In this document: one piece after another, positions 9,512 through 20,185 of the stretch | Layout: each line of letters begins with the position of its first letter | How positions within the stretch are numbered: the first letter of the stretch is position 1 | NCBI GenBank assembly: GCA_031385155.1 | Contig: JANNBF010000085.1 | Location: 25,949-89,948, forward strand | Reading direction: 5' to 3' | DNA from: Rhizobacter sp. | Lineage (GTDB): Bacteria > Pseudomonadota > Gammaproteobacteria > Burkholderiales > Burkholderiaceae_C | Length of the DNA stretch: 64,000 nucleotides | Notes under the pieces: generated by a model | Database searches by the model: none | Seen by the model: only the letters and a program-made list of their open reading frames with translations | What the model was told of the DNA's origin: nothing | Position numbers and translations under genes: made by a program

Positions 9512-10462
9512 ATGGGCCTGTTCCTTCTGAAGCGGCTGGCCACGTTCATCGCCACGTTGTGGGTGGCGAGCCTCGTCGTCTTCGCGGTGCTCGACATCCT
9601 GCCGGGCAACGTCGCCGACGTGATGTTGGGTGAATCGGCCACGCTGGAAGCGCGCGCCGCACTCGTCGCCAAGCTCGGGCTCGACCGGCCCGCCCCGGTG
9701 CGCTACGGTCAATGGCTCGTTGGCCTCACCCATGCCGACATGGGCACGAGCGTGGCCTATGACACGCCGGTGGCCACGCTGATCAAAGAGCGGCTGCAGG
9801 TGACGCTGCCGCTGGCCGTGATGGCCATGGTGCTGGCGGCAGCCATCGCGCTGACGCTCGGCCTGTACGCTGCGTCGCGCCACAACCAGCTCGGCGATGT
9901 GGGCGTGATGGTCGCAAGCCAGATCGGCATGGCCATCCCGAACTTCTGGTTCGCCATCCTGCTGATCCTGCTGTTCGCGGTGAAGCTGCAATGGTTCTCG
10001 GCCGGCGGCTTCCCGGGCTGGGACGACGGCCTGTGGGAGCCGATCAAGGCGCTGGTGTTGCCAGCGACCGCGCTGGCCGTGGTGCAGGCCGCGATCCTGG
10101 CGCGCATCACGCGCTCGGCCGTGCTCGACGTGCTGCGCGAAGACTTCGTGCGCACCGCGCGCGCCAAAGGCCTGACCCGCCGCGCGGTGCTGTGGCGCCA
10201 CGTGCTGCGCAACGCCATGGTGCCGGTGCTGACCGTGATGGGCTTGCAGTTCGCGAACCTGCTCACCGGCACCATCGTCGTCGAGTACGTGTTCTCGCTG
10301 CCGGGCCTCGGGCGGCTGATCTTCCAGGCCATCGCGAACCGCGACCTGATCGTGGTGCGCAACGTGGTCATGCTGCTCGCCGCCGCCGTTATCGCGATCA
10401 ACTTCATCGTCGATGTGTCTTACGCGGTGATCGACCCGCGCTTGAAGGTGGGGGTGGCATGA
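9512..10462 (+). CDS. peptide/nickel ABC transporter permease (DppB/OppB family)
   Basis: LGLDRP, EDFVRTARAKGL, HVLRNAM, FSLPGLGRL, YAVIDPR. Confidence 0.92.
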   Translation: MGLFLLKRLATFIATLWVASLVVFAVLDILPGNVADVMLGESATLEARAALVAKLGLDRPAPVRYGQWLVGLTHADMGTSVAYDTPVATLIKERLQVTLPLAVMAMVLAAAIALTLGLYAASRHNQLGDVGVMVASQIGMAIPNFWFAILLILLFAVKLQWFSAGGFPGWDDGLWEPIKALVLPATALAVVQAAILARITRSAVLDVLREDFVRTARAKGLTRRAVLWRHVLRNAMVPVLTVMGLQFANLLTGTIVVEYVFSLPGLGRLIFQAIANRDLIVVRNVVMLLAAAVIAINFIVDVSYAVIDPRLKVGVA

Positions 10463-10473
10463 ATACAAATTCA

Positions 10474-10585
10474 TTCACCGCAGAGTCGCAGAGGGCGCAG
10501 AGGGACGCAGAGGTAAGAAGAAGACTTTCATTGCTCTTCTCTGCGCAACTCTGCGTCCTCTGCGTCTCTGCGTCTCTGCGGTGAA
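10474..10585. repeat. palindromic CGCAGAG/CTCTGCG repeat element (MITE/REP-like)
   Basis: Perfect 12-bp terminal inverted repeat TTCACCGCAGAG...CTCTGCGGTGAA. Four CGCAGAG units on the left arm and five CTCTGCG units on the right, around an AT-rich spacer. Confidence 0.85.
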
Positions 10586-10609
10586 GCATTTCTTTTCGCG
10601 TGCCCGACG

Positions 10610-11443
<834 letters not shown>

Positions 11444-11500
11444 GCCCCGGCGCGCCATGACGCAAGTGGTCGGGCGGCATGGGGTCGTGAGCCGTGTCGG

Positions 11501-12442
11501 CTAAGGCCGCGCCAGCTCCGCAGGCACCGCCTCCGCCAGAAAGTCGAACGCGCGCCGGATCACCCGATTCGAGCGGATCTCGCGGTGCACCGCGAGCCAG
11601 CATTGCAGCGGCGGGATCGCGAGTTGCGGCAGCAGCGCCACCACGCCGGGCAAGTGGCGCAGGTTGTACTGCGCGATGAAGCCGATGCCCGCGCCGCTGG
11701 CCACGAGCTGGCTGTACGCCACCTGGTCGTCGGTGCGCAGCGCGAAGTGGCCGCGCGCGAGCGGCAGGCCCAGGGCGGCAAAGCCGCGCTCGATGGTGTC
11801 GTCGCGGTCGTAGCCGATCAGGCGGTGCCGGGCCAGGTCGAGCGGCTTGCGCGGCGTGCCGTGGCGCGCCAGGTAAGACGCGTGCGCGGCCGCGCAGATG
11901 GCGACCTCACCGAGCTTCTTCGCGACCAGTGAGCTTTGCGCCGGGCGCAGCATGCGCACCGCGATGTCGGCCTCGCGGCGCAGCAGGTTGGTGAGCTGGT
12001 TCGACGCCACCAGTTCGATCACGATGCCCGGTATCTCGGCTTGCAGCGCTGCAATCACCGGAGGCAGCAGCCACGTGGCCGCAACCTGGCTGGCGGCGAT
12101 GCGCACCGTGCCGGTTTCAGTGCTGCGTTGCGTGGCCAGTGCGCGCTGCAAGGCCAGCGCGCCGTCTTCCATCTGGCGCGCGGCATCGGCCACGGCGAGG
12201 GCGGCCCGTGTGGGCACGACACCGCGGCCGGTGCGTTCGAAGAGTGGCGTGCCGAGCTGCGCTTCCAGCTCGGCCACGTGGCGGCCGAGCGTGGGCTGTT
12301 GCGCGCCCAGGCGCCGCGCAGCGCCCATCAGGCTGCCGGCGTCCAGCACGGCGAGGAAGCTCTTCACGAGCGCCCAGTCGAATTGGTCGATGCGGTGGGT
12401 GGCAGCGCCGATGGCGGTTGGGTTTCGAGGTGGCTTGGTCAT
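11501..12442 (-). CDS. LysR-family transcriptional regulator
   Basis: HTH: FLAVLDAGSLMGAARRLGAQQPTLGRHVAELEAQLGTPLFER; substrate domain LLRREADIAVR. Confidence 0.92.
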   Translation of the reverse strand: MTKPPRNPTAIGAATHRIDQFDWALVKSFLAVLDAGSLMGAARRLGAQQPTLGRHVAELEAQLGTPLFERTGRGVVPTRAALAVADAARQMEDGALALQRALATQRSTETGTVRIAASQVAATWLLPPVIAALQAEIPGIVIELVASNQLTNLLRREADIAVRMLRPAQSSLVAKKLGEVAICAAAHASYLARHGTPRKPLDLARHRLIGYDRDDTIERGFAALGLPLARGHFALRTDDQVAYSQLVASGAGIGFIAQYNLRHLPGVVALLPQLAIPPLQCWLAVHREIRSNRVIRRAFDFLAEAVPAELARP

Positions 12443-12455
12443 GCAAAAGTGTATG
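12440..12455. promoter_or_regulatory. putative LysR operator (CATGCA-N4-TGTATG imperfect inverted repeat)
   Basis: Dyad overlapping the LysR start, in the divergent LysR/epimerase spacer, the usual position for LTTR sites. Confidence 0.4.
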
Positions 12456-12548
12456 GCTGACATGCAGTCTCAGGCAATTGTCGGCAGCCTTCACGGCGGA
12501 CACACTGCCTTCATCGCCCACCCATGGCGCCAACCTCAGGAGCTTGCA

Positions 12549-13610
12549 GTGAACCCCACATCGACCTCGACTTCAATCGCCACCGCGCGCCGCAGCGTGC
12601 TGATCCTCGGCGCCAACGGCCGTCTCGGCTGCGCGGCGGCGCAGGCCTTCGACGCTGCGGGCTGGCGCGTTTTCGCACACGTGCGGGGCAGCGCGGCAGC
12701 CGCGTTGCCGGTGCGCGCGGTGCTTGTGCGCGCCGACCTTGCCGACACCGCAGCGCTGGTGCGCGAAGCGGCCGGTGCCAACGTCGTCGTGCATGCGGTG
12801 AACCCGGCCTACATCCGCTGGGACGCCGAGGCCCTGCCGGCGCTGCGCCATGGCGTGGCGGCGGCGGAACTGCTCGACGCACACTTCATGCTGCCCGGCA
12901 ACGTCTACAACTTCGGCGCGCACATGCCGCCCCTGCTGCGCGCCAACACGCCGCAGCGGCCGACCACGCGCAGGGGCGAGATCCGTGTTGCGATGGAGGC
13001 CGAGCTGCGCCTTCAAGCCGAACGGCACGGCCTGCGCGCCACGGTGCTGCGAGCGGGCGACTTCTTCGGTGCGGGCGCCGGCAACTGGTTCGATCAAGCC
13101 ATCGTCAAGTCACTCGCCGCGGGCAAGCTGGTGTACCCCGGCCCGCTGGACGTGGCGCATGCCTGGGCGTACCTGCCCGACCTGGCCCGGGTCTTCGTCG
13201 CGGTGGCCGAACAGCGGTTGGCAGTGCCCGGCCCGGCGGGCCTGCGCGACCTGCCGTTTGCCGGCCACACCTTGACCGGCGCGCAGCTGCTGGCGGCGAT
13301 CGAACGGGCGGCTGCGGCGCTGGGCATCGAGCCGCGCGGGGGCTTTTGCCACGGCGGCATGCCGTGGCGCGTGATCCGCGTGGCGGGCGTCGTGTACCCG
13401 CTGTGGCGCGAGCTGGCGCGCCTGGCGTACTTGTGGGAGGTGCCGCATGCGCTGGACGGCGGCGCGCTGGCCTCGATACCCGGCGTGCCGGCATCGACGC
13501 CCATCGACACCGCCTTGCGTGCCAGCCTGCTGGCGCTGGGGCACGGCCTGGCCGGTGCACCCAGGCGCCCCGGCTCGGCGGCCGGGGAATGTGTGCAAAC
13601 CAGTCAGTGA
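12549..13610 (+). CDS. NAD-dependent epimerase/dehydratase (extended SDR) family protein
   Basis: GTG 12549 after CAGGAG; ILGANGRLG, LPGNVYNFG, LRAGDFFG, HAWAYLPDLA; divergent from the LysR gene. Confidence 0.85.
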   Translation: MNPTSTSTSIATARRSVLILGANGRLGCAAAQAFDAAGWRVFAHVRGSAAAALPVRAVLVRADLADTAALVREAAGANVVVHAVNPAYIRWDAEALPALRHGVAAAELLDAHFMLPGNVYNFGAHMPPLLRANTPQRPTTRRGEIRVAMEAELRLQAERHGLRATVLRAGDFFGAGAGNWFDQAIVKSLAAGKLVYPGPLDVAHAWAYLPDLARVFVAVAEQRLAVPGPAGLRDLPFAGHTLTGAQLLAAIERAAAALGIEPRGGFCHGGMPWRVIRVAGVVYPLWRELARLAYLWEVPHALDGGALASIPGVPASTPIDTALRASLLALGHGLAGAPRRPGSAAGECVQTSQ

Positions 13611-13644
13611 GCCCGCTGGTTTGCCCGCCGAGGAACCCGCTTCT

Positions 13645-14664
13645 TCAGCGTGCCTTGCGCCGGCGAGCCACGGCAGCCACCACGCCGAGGCCGGCGAGCA
13701 TGAGCGCGTAGGTCTCGGGCTCCGGGATGTTCGGCGTCACGTTCTTGATGTCGGCCGTGATGTAGAGGCTGGCGAAGAAGATGTTGTCGTCGTTCGTCGG
13801 GTTCTGCGTGAAGATCGAGAACGAGGTGTCGCCGGTGCTCAGGAACGGCTTCAGGTCGTACAGCTCGTGGTCGTTGGCGTATGACTGGCCATTGCTCGGC
13901 GCGTCGCCCAGGCCGCCGACGGTGATCAGGCTGCCGTTGGTGGTGGAGGCACCGTCGTCCAGATTGCCCGCGTTGTTGGTCAGCAAGCTGCCGTTGATCT
14001 TGACGGTGGACTTCTGGTCGCAGCAGCTGAACGAGATGCCCAACCCCAGCTCGGCAACGAACGACGCAGCGGTCGGGTCGGTGAGAGGCGAGCCGAAGTT
14101 GACGTTCGAGGTTTCGCCGCCGGTGTTCTGGCCACCGTTCAGCAACGCGACGCTGCCCAGCGGCTTGCTCGGGTCGGAGTAGACGATGGCCAGCACCTCG
14201 CCGTCGATGGTGTTGTTGAGCCGGCCCTCCTGCACCGCCCACGAGAAGTTGGTCGTGGCGGCGCCGGTCGTCCAGGCCTGCACCAGCGCGGTGACGTCGG
14301 CCCGGCCGGTGAACCAGCGGCCCACATCGGCTCGCGGGCTGGTCGCGCCGACCAGGGTGTCGAAGAAATTGATCGCCGTGCCGTTGAGCGTGATGCCCGT
14401 GCTGTTGTAGTCGGCCAGCGACGTCGGGCTGCTGGCGCTCTGGCCCTGCGGCATGCCGGCGCTGTAGAGGTAGGCCTTCAGAATGGTGGCGCCGATCGGA
14501 ATCACGGCCTGCACATTGCCGACGGCGGCGTTGTTGCTGCCCACACCGTCGACGCTCAAGCCGACGTGGCCGGACCAGGTGCCCGCAGTGGTGAGTTGCG
14601 CGGATGCGGCGCCGCTCAGAGCGCAAAGCGCGCCAGCGGCGATCAGGTGAAGTGCGTGTTTCAT
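13645..14664 (-). CDS. PEP-CTERM sorting domain protein
   Basis: Sec signal MKHALHLIAAGALCALSGAASA; C-terminal IPEPETYALMLAGLGVVAAVARRRKAR. Confidence 0.92.
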   Translation of the reverse strand: MKHALHLIAAGALCALSGAASAQLTTAGTWSGHVGLSVDGVGSNNAAVGNVQAVIPIGATILKAYLYSAGMPQGQSASSPTSLADYNSTGITLNGTAINFFDTLVGATSPRADVGRWFTGRADVTALVQAWTTGAATTNFSWAVQEGRLNNTIDGEVLAIVYSDPSKPLGSVALLNGGQNTGGETSNVNFGSPLTDPTAASFVAELGLGISFSCCDQKSTVKINGSLLTNNAGNLDDGASTTNGSLITVGGLGDAPSNGQSYANDHELYDLKPFLSTGDTSFSIFTQNPTNDDNIFFASLYITADIKNVTPNIPEPETYALMLAGLGVVAAVARRRKAR

Positions 14665-14837
14665 GGGTTGCGTCTCCGAACGATTGTGGTGAGTCGGCGA
14701 GTGGGCGCGGAGCAGGTGCAAAGTCCTATCCCTAGACCACTCGATGACCCCTGAATCGGGGGGTGCGCGGCGCACCGCACAATCTCTTGACGCATTCCGA
14801 AACCCCCACAGCGCCCCGGGCGCCCACCGCTGCACCG

Positions 14838-15839
14838 ATGGCTCCCACACCGCTGCTCGAAGTCGACGCCTTGCGGGTCGCGCTGCCCGGCACCCGCGGC
14901 ATGGCCGCGGCGCTGCGCGGCGTCGCCTTCACCATCGCGCGCGGTGAAACCCTGGGCCTGATCGGCGAAAGCGGCTGCGGCAAGTCGATGACGGCGCTGG
15001 CGCTGATGGGCCTGCTGCCCGAGCGCGCGCAGGCGACCGGCAGCATCCGCATGCAGGGGCAGGAGCTGATCGGCCTGGACGACGCGGCGCTGTGCCGGCT
15101 GCGCGGCCACCGCATCGGCATGGTCTTCCAAGAGCCGATGACAGCGCTGAACCCGTTGCACACCATCGGCCACCAAGTGGCCGAGCCGCTGCGGCTGCAC
15201 AAGGGCCTGTCACGCAGCGCAGCGCGCGCCGAAGCGCTGCGCCTGCTCGACCGCGTGCAGCTGCCGAACCCGGCGCAGCGGCTCGACGCGCACCCGCACC
15301 AGCTGTCGGGCGGGCAGCGCCAGCGCGTGATGATCGCGATGGCGCTGGCCTGCGGCCCCGAACTGCTGATCGCCGACGAGCCGACGACAGCGCTCGACGC
15401 GACCATCCAGGCCGACATCCTCGACCTGATCAGCAAGCTGGTGCGCGAAGAGCAGATGGCGCTGCTGCTCATCAGCCACGACCTCGGCGTGATGGCGCGC
15501 ACCGTGGGCCGCGTGCTGGTGATGTACGGCGGCACGGTGGTCGAGTCGGGCCCGACCAGCGAGGTGTTCGCGCGCCTCGCTCACCCCTACACGCGCGGCC
15601 TGTTCGCAGCGCGCCCGCGCATGGGCACGCCGCGCGTGAACGGGCGCAAGCCGCTGCTCGCGACCATCCCCGGCCGCGTGCCCGAACTCTTCGAGATGCC
15701 CGCCGGCTGCCCGTTCGCCGACCGCTGCAGCTGGGTGACGGACGCCTGCCGCGCGCAGCTGCCCGCCGAGGTGCGGGTTGGGCCGGGGCACGAGGCGCGC
15801 TGCATCCGCATCGACACTGTGGCGCGCGAGGCGGCGTGA
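14838..15839 (+). CDS. peptide ABC transporter ATP-binding protein (DppD/OppD family)
   Basis: GESGCGKS, LSGGQRQR, LLIADEPTTALD, HPYT, GCPFADRC; start uncertain (ORF open from 14763). Confidence 0.92.
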   Translation: MAPTPLLEVDALRVALPGTRGMAAALRGVAFTIARGETLGLIGESGCGKSMTALALMGLLPERAQATGSIRMQGQELIGLDDAALCRLRGHRIGMVFQEPMTALNPLHTIGHQVAEPLRLHKGLSRSAARAEALRLLDRVQLPNPAQRLDAHPHQLSGGQRQRVMIAMALACGPELLIADEPTTALDATIQADILDLISKLVREEQMALLLISHDLGVMARTVGRVLVMYGGTVVESGPTSEVFARLAHPYTRGLFAARPRMGTPRVNGRKPLLATIPGRVPELFEMPAGCPFADRCSWVTDACRAQLPAEVRVGPGHEARCIRIDTVAREAA

Positions 15840-15939
15840 GCATGGCGCTGCCGACCGCGCAATTCATGCTGCCCATGACCACCACCGCGATATGGATCTG
15901 CGCCGGCGACAAGCACCCACAACCGCCGATCAACCCGAC

Positions 15940-16311
15940 ATGACCCCACCCAGCCCGCGCACCATCGTCCAGGCCCAGCTCGACGCCTACAACGCGAAAG
16001 ACATCGACGCGCTGCTGCGCACCTTCGCGCCGGATGCCGAGCAGTTCACGCTGCACGGCGAGCTGCTGGCGCGCGGGCATGCCGAGATGCGCACGCGGTT
16101 TCTTGCGCGCTTCGAAGAGGCCGACCTGCATGCAACGCTGCTTGCCCGCACGGTTGTCGGCAACATCGTGGCCGACCATGAACGCGTGACGCGCAACTTC
16201 CCCGAAGGCCTGGGCTCGGTCGAGATGCTGTGCCTGTTCGAGGTGCACGACGGCCTGATCCGCAAGGCCTCGTACGTGCTCGGCGAGAAGACGCTCGCCA
16301 CCTCGGCGTGA
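15940..16311 (+). CDS. SnoaL/NTF2-like domain protein
   Basis: VQAQLDAYNAKDIDALL...VADHERVTRNFPEG...FEVHDGLI. Confidence 0.8.
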   Translation: MTPPSPRTIVQAQLDAYNAKDIDALLRTFAPDAEQFTLHGELLARGHAEMRTRFLARFEEADLHATLLARTVVGNIVADHERVTRNFPEGLGSVEMLCLFEVHDGLIRKASYVLGEKTLATSA

Positions 16312-16315
16312 TGCG

Positions 16316-17116
<801 letters not shown>

Positions 17117-17162
17117 AGTCGCGTCGGGGCCGTTGGCCCTGCCTTCATCCAGGAGCCTACCG

Positions 17163-18725
17163 ATGACCCAGCCGATGACCACGATCCGCCACGCCGCCGC
17201 TGTTGTGATGGCCGTGGCAGCCCCCGCCATGTTTGCCATGGCAGCCCCCGCCACGTTGGCCGTGGCAGCCCTGTTGACAGCCCTGGCCCCGGCCGCGCAA
17301 GCCCAGACGCGCAAGGACAGCGCCATCCTCGGCATGGTGCTCGAACCCGCACCCGGCCTCGACCCGACCTCGGCCGCCGCCGCCGCCATCGGCGAGATCG
17401 TTCACTACAACGTGCTCGAAGGCCTGACCAAAATCAACCTCGACGGCAGCATCACGCCGCTGCTGGCCGAGAGTTGGAGCATCGACCCCGACGGCAAGAG
17501 CTACACCTTCAAGCTGAAGCGCGGCGTCAAGTTCCACGACGGTGAAGCGTTCGACGCGAGCGACGTGAAGTTCAGCTTCGAGCGCGCGAAGGCGGCCACG
17601 TCCACGAACAAGGCGAAGAAGTCGGTGTTCGACAACATCAGCCGCATCGACACGCCGGACGCCAGCACCGTGATCGTGGTGCTGAACCAGGCCGACGGCA
17701 ACTTCCTGTTCCGCATGGGCGAGAACACGGCCGTGATCCTCGACCCGAAGAGCGCCGACACCACCGCCGCCAAACCGGTGGGCACCGGGCCGTTCAGGTT
17801 CGACGCGTGGGCCAAGGGCTCGTCGATCACGCTGGTGAAGAACGACGCGTACCGCAACGCCGCTGCCGTAAAGATGAAGAAGGTCACGTACCGGTTCATC
17901 AACGACCCGGCCGCGCAAGTGGCCGCGCTGCTGGCCGGCGACATCGACGGCATGCCGCGCTTCGGCTCGATCCAAAGTTTGAAGCAGTTCCAGAGCGATG
18001 CGCGCTTCAGCGTCACGCCCGGTGGCACCGAGGGCAAGACCATCGTCAGCATCAACAACAAGAAGAAGCCCTTCGACGACGTGCGCGTGCGCCGCGCCAT
18101 CGCGATGGCCATCGACCGCAAGGCGGTGATCGACGGCTCGCAAGACGGCCTGGCCAAGCAAATCGGCAGCCACATGGTGCCCAGCGACGCCGGCTACGTG
18201 GACCTGACCGCGATGAACGCGTTCGACCCCGAGAAGGCCAAGGCGTTGTTGAAGGAAGCCGGCATCGCCACGCCGCTGAACGTGACGCTGACGCTGCCGC
18301 CACCCGAATACGCACGCAAGGGCGGCGAGATCGTGGCGGCGCAACTGGCCAAGGTCGGCATCATCGCCAAGATCGAGAACGTGGAGTGGGCGCAGTGGCT
18401 CGCCGGCCCGTTCAAGGGCAACTTCGACCTGACCATCATCAGCCACGTCGAGCCGCTCGACTTCGACCGCTACGCCGACCCCAAGTACTACTGGGGCTAC
18501 GACAGCAAGGCCTACAACGACCTGCTCGCCAAGTACAACGGCAGCGCCGACGCGAAGACGCGAACCAAGCTCCTCGGCGACATCCAGCGCCAGCTCGCGA
18601 CCGACTCGGTCAACGTTTACCTGTACCAACTGCCCCAGTTCGCGGTGGGCAACAAGAAGCTCAAGGGCATGTGGAGCAGCTCGCCGATCTTTGCGAATGA
18701 TCTGGGGGCGTTGAGTTGGCAGTGA
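17163..18725 (+). CDS. ABC transporter substrate-binding protein, family 5 (DppA/OppA-like)
   Basis: Signal peptide, LLAESW, YTFKLKRGVKFHDG, PVGTGPF, PFDDVRVRRAI; ATG 17163 after CAGGAG. Confidence 0.92.
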   Translation: MTQPMTTIRHAAAVVMAVAAPAMFAMAAPATLAVAALLTALAPAAQAQTRKDSAILGMVLEPAPGLDPTSAAAAAIGEIVHYNVLEGLTKINLDGSITPLLAESWSIDPDGKSYTFKLKRGVKFHDGEAFDASDVKFSFERAKAATSTNKAKKSVFDNISRIDTPDASTVIVVLNQADGNFLFRMGENTAVILDPKSADTTAAKPVGTGPFRFDAWAKGSSITLVKNDAYRNAAAVKMKKVTYRFINDPAAQVAALLAGDIDGMPRFGSIQSLKQFQSDARFSVTPGGTEGKTIVSINNKKKPFDDVRVRRAIAMAIDRKAVIDGSQDGLAKQIGSHMVPSDAGYVDLTAMNAFDPEKAKALLKEAGIATPLNVTLTLPPPEYARKGGEIVAAQLAKVGIIAKIENVEWAQWLAGPFKGNFDLTIISHVEPLDFDRYADPKYYWGYDSKAYNDLLAKYNGSADAKTRTKLLGDIQRQLATDSVNVYLYQLPQFAVGNKKLKGMWSSSPIFANDLGALSWQ

Positions 18726-18770
18726 GGGGGGTTGCGCGGCAAGACTTGGGCAATCACAGAGGTCAGAGAC

Positions 18771-19166
18771 GTGCTTGAGCCGAATCAATTTCAAGTCAAC
18801 GAAGCCTGGATACTGTTCAAGCTGAACGATGTGCCCGTGGCCACCGAGTCAGACGGCGACTTCAACCTCTTTGCTCTCATGGACGCAGCCAGTTGCTTCA
18901 TCCTGAGTACTTCGCCTGTCCCCGCCACCAAGGCAGAGCCGTCTCAACTGGACGTCAAGCGAATGCTGAAAGAAGCGCGAGCACACAAGCAACAGTTGCC
19001 CAAAACGCTCTTCATACCGGTAGAGCGACCTGCCAAGGTCATGGCGGCTGAGGCCGAGCGTCAAGGCATCGTCGTAGCGCGCGTGCCCGACGATCAACTT
19101 GAGCCGTTCGTCGGTGAAGCAAGAGAAGGCTTCAAAGATCGATTCGGCGGCGGGAGAACGCAGTGA
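18771..19166 (+). CDS. hypothetical protein, integron-cassette-like, lower GC
   Basis: (V)LEPNQFQVNEAWILFKLND...ALMDAASCFIL. More A/T third positions than neighbouring genes; followed by an attC-like hairpin. Start is GTG 18771 or TTG 18732. Confidence 0.7.
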   Translation: MLEPNQFQVNEAWILFKLNDVPVATESDGDFNLFALMDAASCFILSTSPVPATKAEPSQLDVKRMLKEARAHKQQLPKTLFIPVERPAKVMAAEAERQGIVVARVPDDQLEPFVGEAREGFKDRFGGGRTQ

Positions 19167-19228
19167 CGCAAGCCCTTTCGGTAGAGCGGCGTGCCAGCGG
19201 CACGCCGCTCAGGTCAACCTGTGGGCGC
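19166..19228 (+). mobile_element. degenerate attC-like site
   Basis: Perfect 12-bp stem GAGCGGCGTGCC-agc-GGCACGCCGCTC (19184-19210), with degenerate R''-like ACGCAAG and R'-like GTGGGC ends, directly after the stop. Confidence 0.45.
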
Positions 19229-19257
19229 CGCAACCAAACCGGGGGTAGTCTTTGTTC

Positions 19258-19479
19258 ATGCAAGTTGTAACAGGCACCGTGGTGAACGGCAAGATCGTGC
19301 TCGAAGGATCCTCGCTGACCGAAGGAGCCGTCGTCACCGTCGTTACTCGCGGGGCAGACGAGAGTTTCACGCTGGCGCAAGCTCAGGAAGACGAGTTGAC
19401 CGCCTCGATGGCCGAGATTGCGCGCGGCGAGTTCCTGACGCTCGAAGACCTCCTTCAGACGCTACCGACGCGCAACTGA
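19258..19479 (+). CDS. putative antitoxin
   Basis: MQVVTGTVVNGKIVLEG...QEDELTASMAEIARGEFLTLEDLL; acidic, 73 aa, immediately upstream of a ParE-like toxin. Confidence 0.75.
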   Translation: MQVVTGTVVNGKIVLEGSSLTEGAVVTVVTRGADESFTLAQAQEDELTASMAEIARGEFLTLEDLLQTLPTRN

Positions 19480-19480
19480 G

Positions 19481-19780
19481 ATGGCCCTCCGGGTCAAGAT
19501 CTCGCTCAGAGCGGCGGGGCAAGTTCGCAAAACTGCGGAGTGGTGGGCATCAAACCGCCCGGCAGCACCTGGCGCCATCGGCGCTGACTTCGGAGAAGCC
19601 GTGTCATTGCTGGCCGAACAACCGGGAATTGGAGCCAAGTACGAAGGCGCCCGCACGCCCGGGGTGCGGCGCTTGTTCTTGGGAAGAGTCGGCTACTTCG
19701 TGTACGACAAGGCCGAGGGTGAAGACCTGAACATCCTGGCGTTCTGGCACGCAAGCTGCGGCCAGCAACGGACCCTGTGA
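19481..19780 (+). CDS. RelE/ParE-family toxin
   Basis: VKISLRAAGQV...EWW..NRP...LLAEQPGIG...GVRRLFLGRVGYFVY...ILAFWHAS. Confidence 0.8.
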   Translation: MALRVKISLRAAGQVRKTAEWWASNRPAAPGAIGADFGEAVSLLAEQPGIGAKYEGARTPGVRRLFLGRVGYFVYDKAEGEDLNILAFWHASCGQQRTL

Positions 19781-19806
19781 TCGCGCGTGGCGCCCACGCT
19801 GCATCC

Positions 19807-20037
19807 ATGACCGACCTCGTCACCGATCTCACCGCCTGTGCAAACGCTTTGCCGTCCGAGGCGCAAGCGCGCCTTGCACAGGAGCTGCTTGCCACGCTCG
19901 ACCCCGGCGACGACCCTGTGGAGGTCTCGTGGGATGCCGAGATTCGCAAGCGATTGGATGAAGTCGCGAACGGCACCGTTCGGCTCATCCCTACAAATGA
20001 CGCGTTTGCGCAAGTCCGGCGCGCTCTGCGTCGGTGA
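19807..20037 (+). CDS. addiction module antitoxin component (TIGR02574-like), orphan
   Basis: LPSEAQARLAQELLATLD...SWDAEIRKRLDEVANG...AFAQVRRAL; no cognate toxin follows. Confidence 0.75.
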   Translation: MTDLVTDLTACANALPSEAQARLAQELLATLDPGDDPVEVSWDAEIRKRLDEVANGTVRLIPTNDAFAQVRRALRR

Positions 20038-20185
20038 GTTCAACGCTCGACCGTTCCAAACATGTTCACCACCGATCTCTACATCCGAATTGACGGTTGG
20101 CGCGTGGGGTCGGTGCGGGCAAGGTCGTACTCTGGGTCGGCAACGAACTCAGCGACGATGAAGCCAAAGCAAAGCTCCGAGGAGA

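Noticed and set aside
7457-10474. Long antisense ORFs (e.g. 7457..10474, 32399..34819, 38822..41005, 43878..45755, 67..1110)
   Set aside because: They mirror well-supported genes on the opposite strand; stop-poor antisense frames are expected with high-GC codon bias, and they show no family motifs.
11898-12548. N-terminal extensions of ORF-track calls (11898 epimerase, 31931 maeB, 52918 TonB receptor, 55488 cbiG, 31496 cinA)
   Set aside because: The extensions overlap neighbouring real genes; family motifs and RBS or coupled starts begin further downstream.
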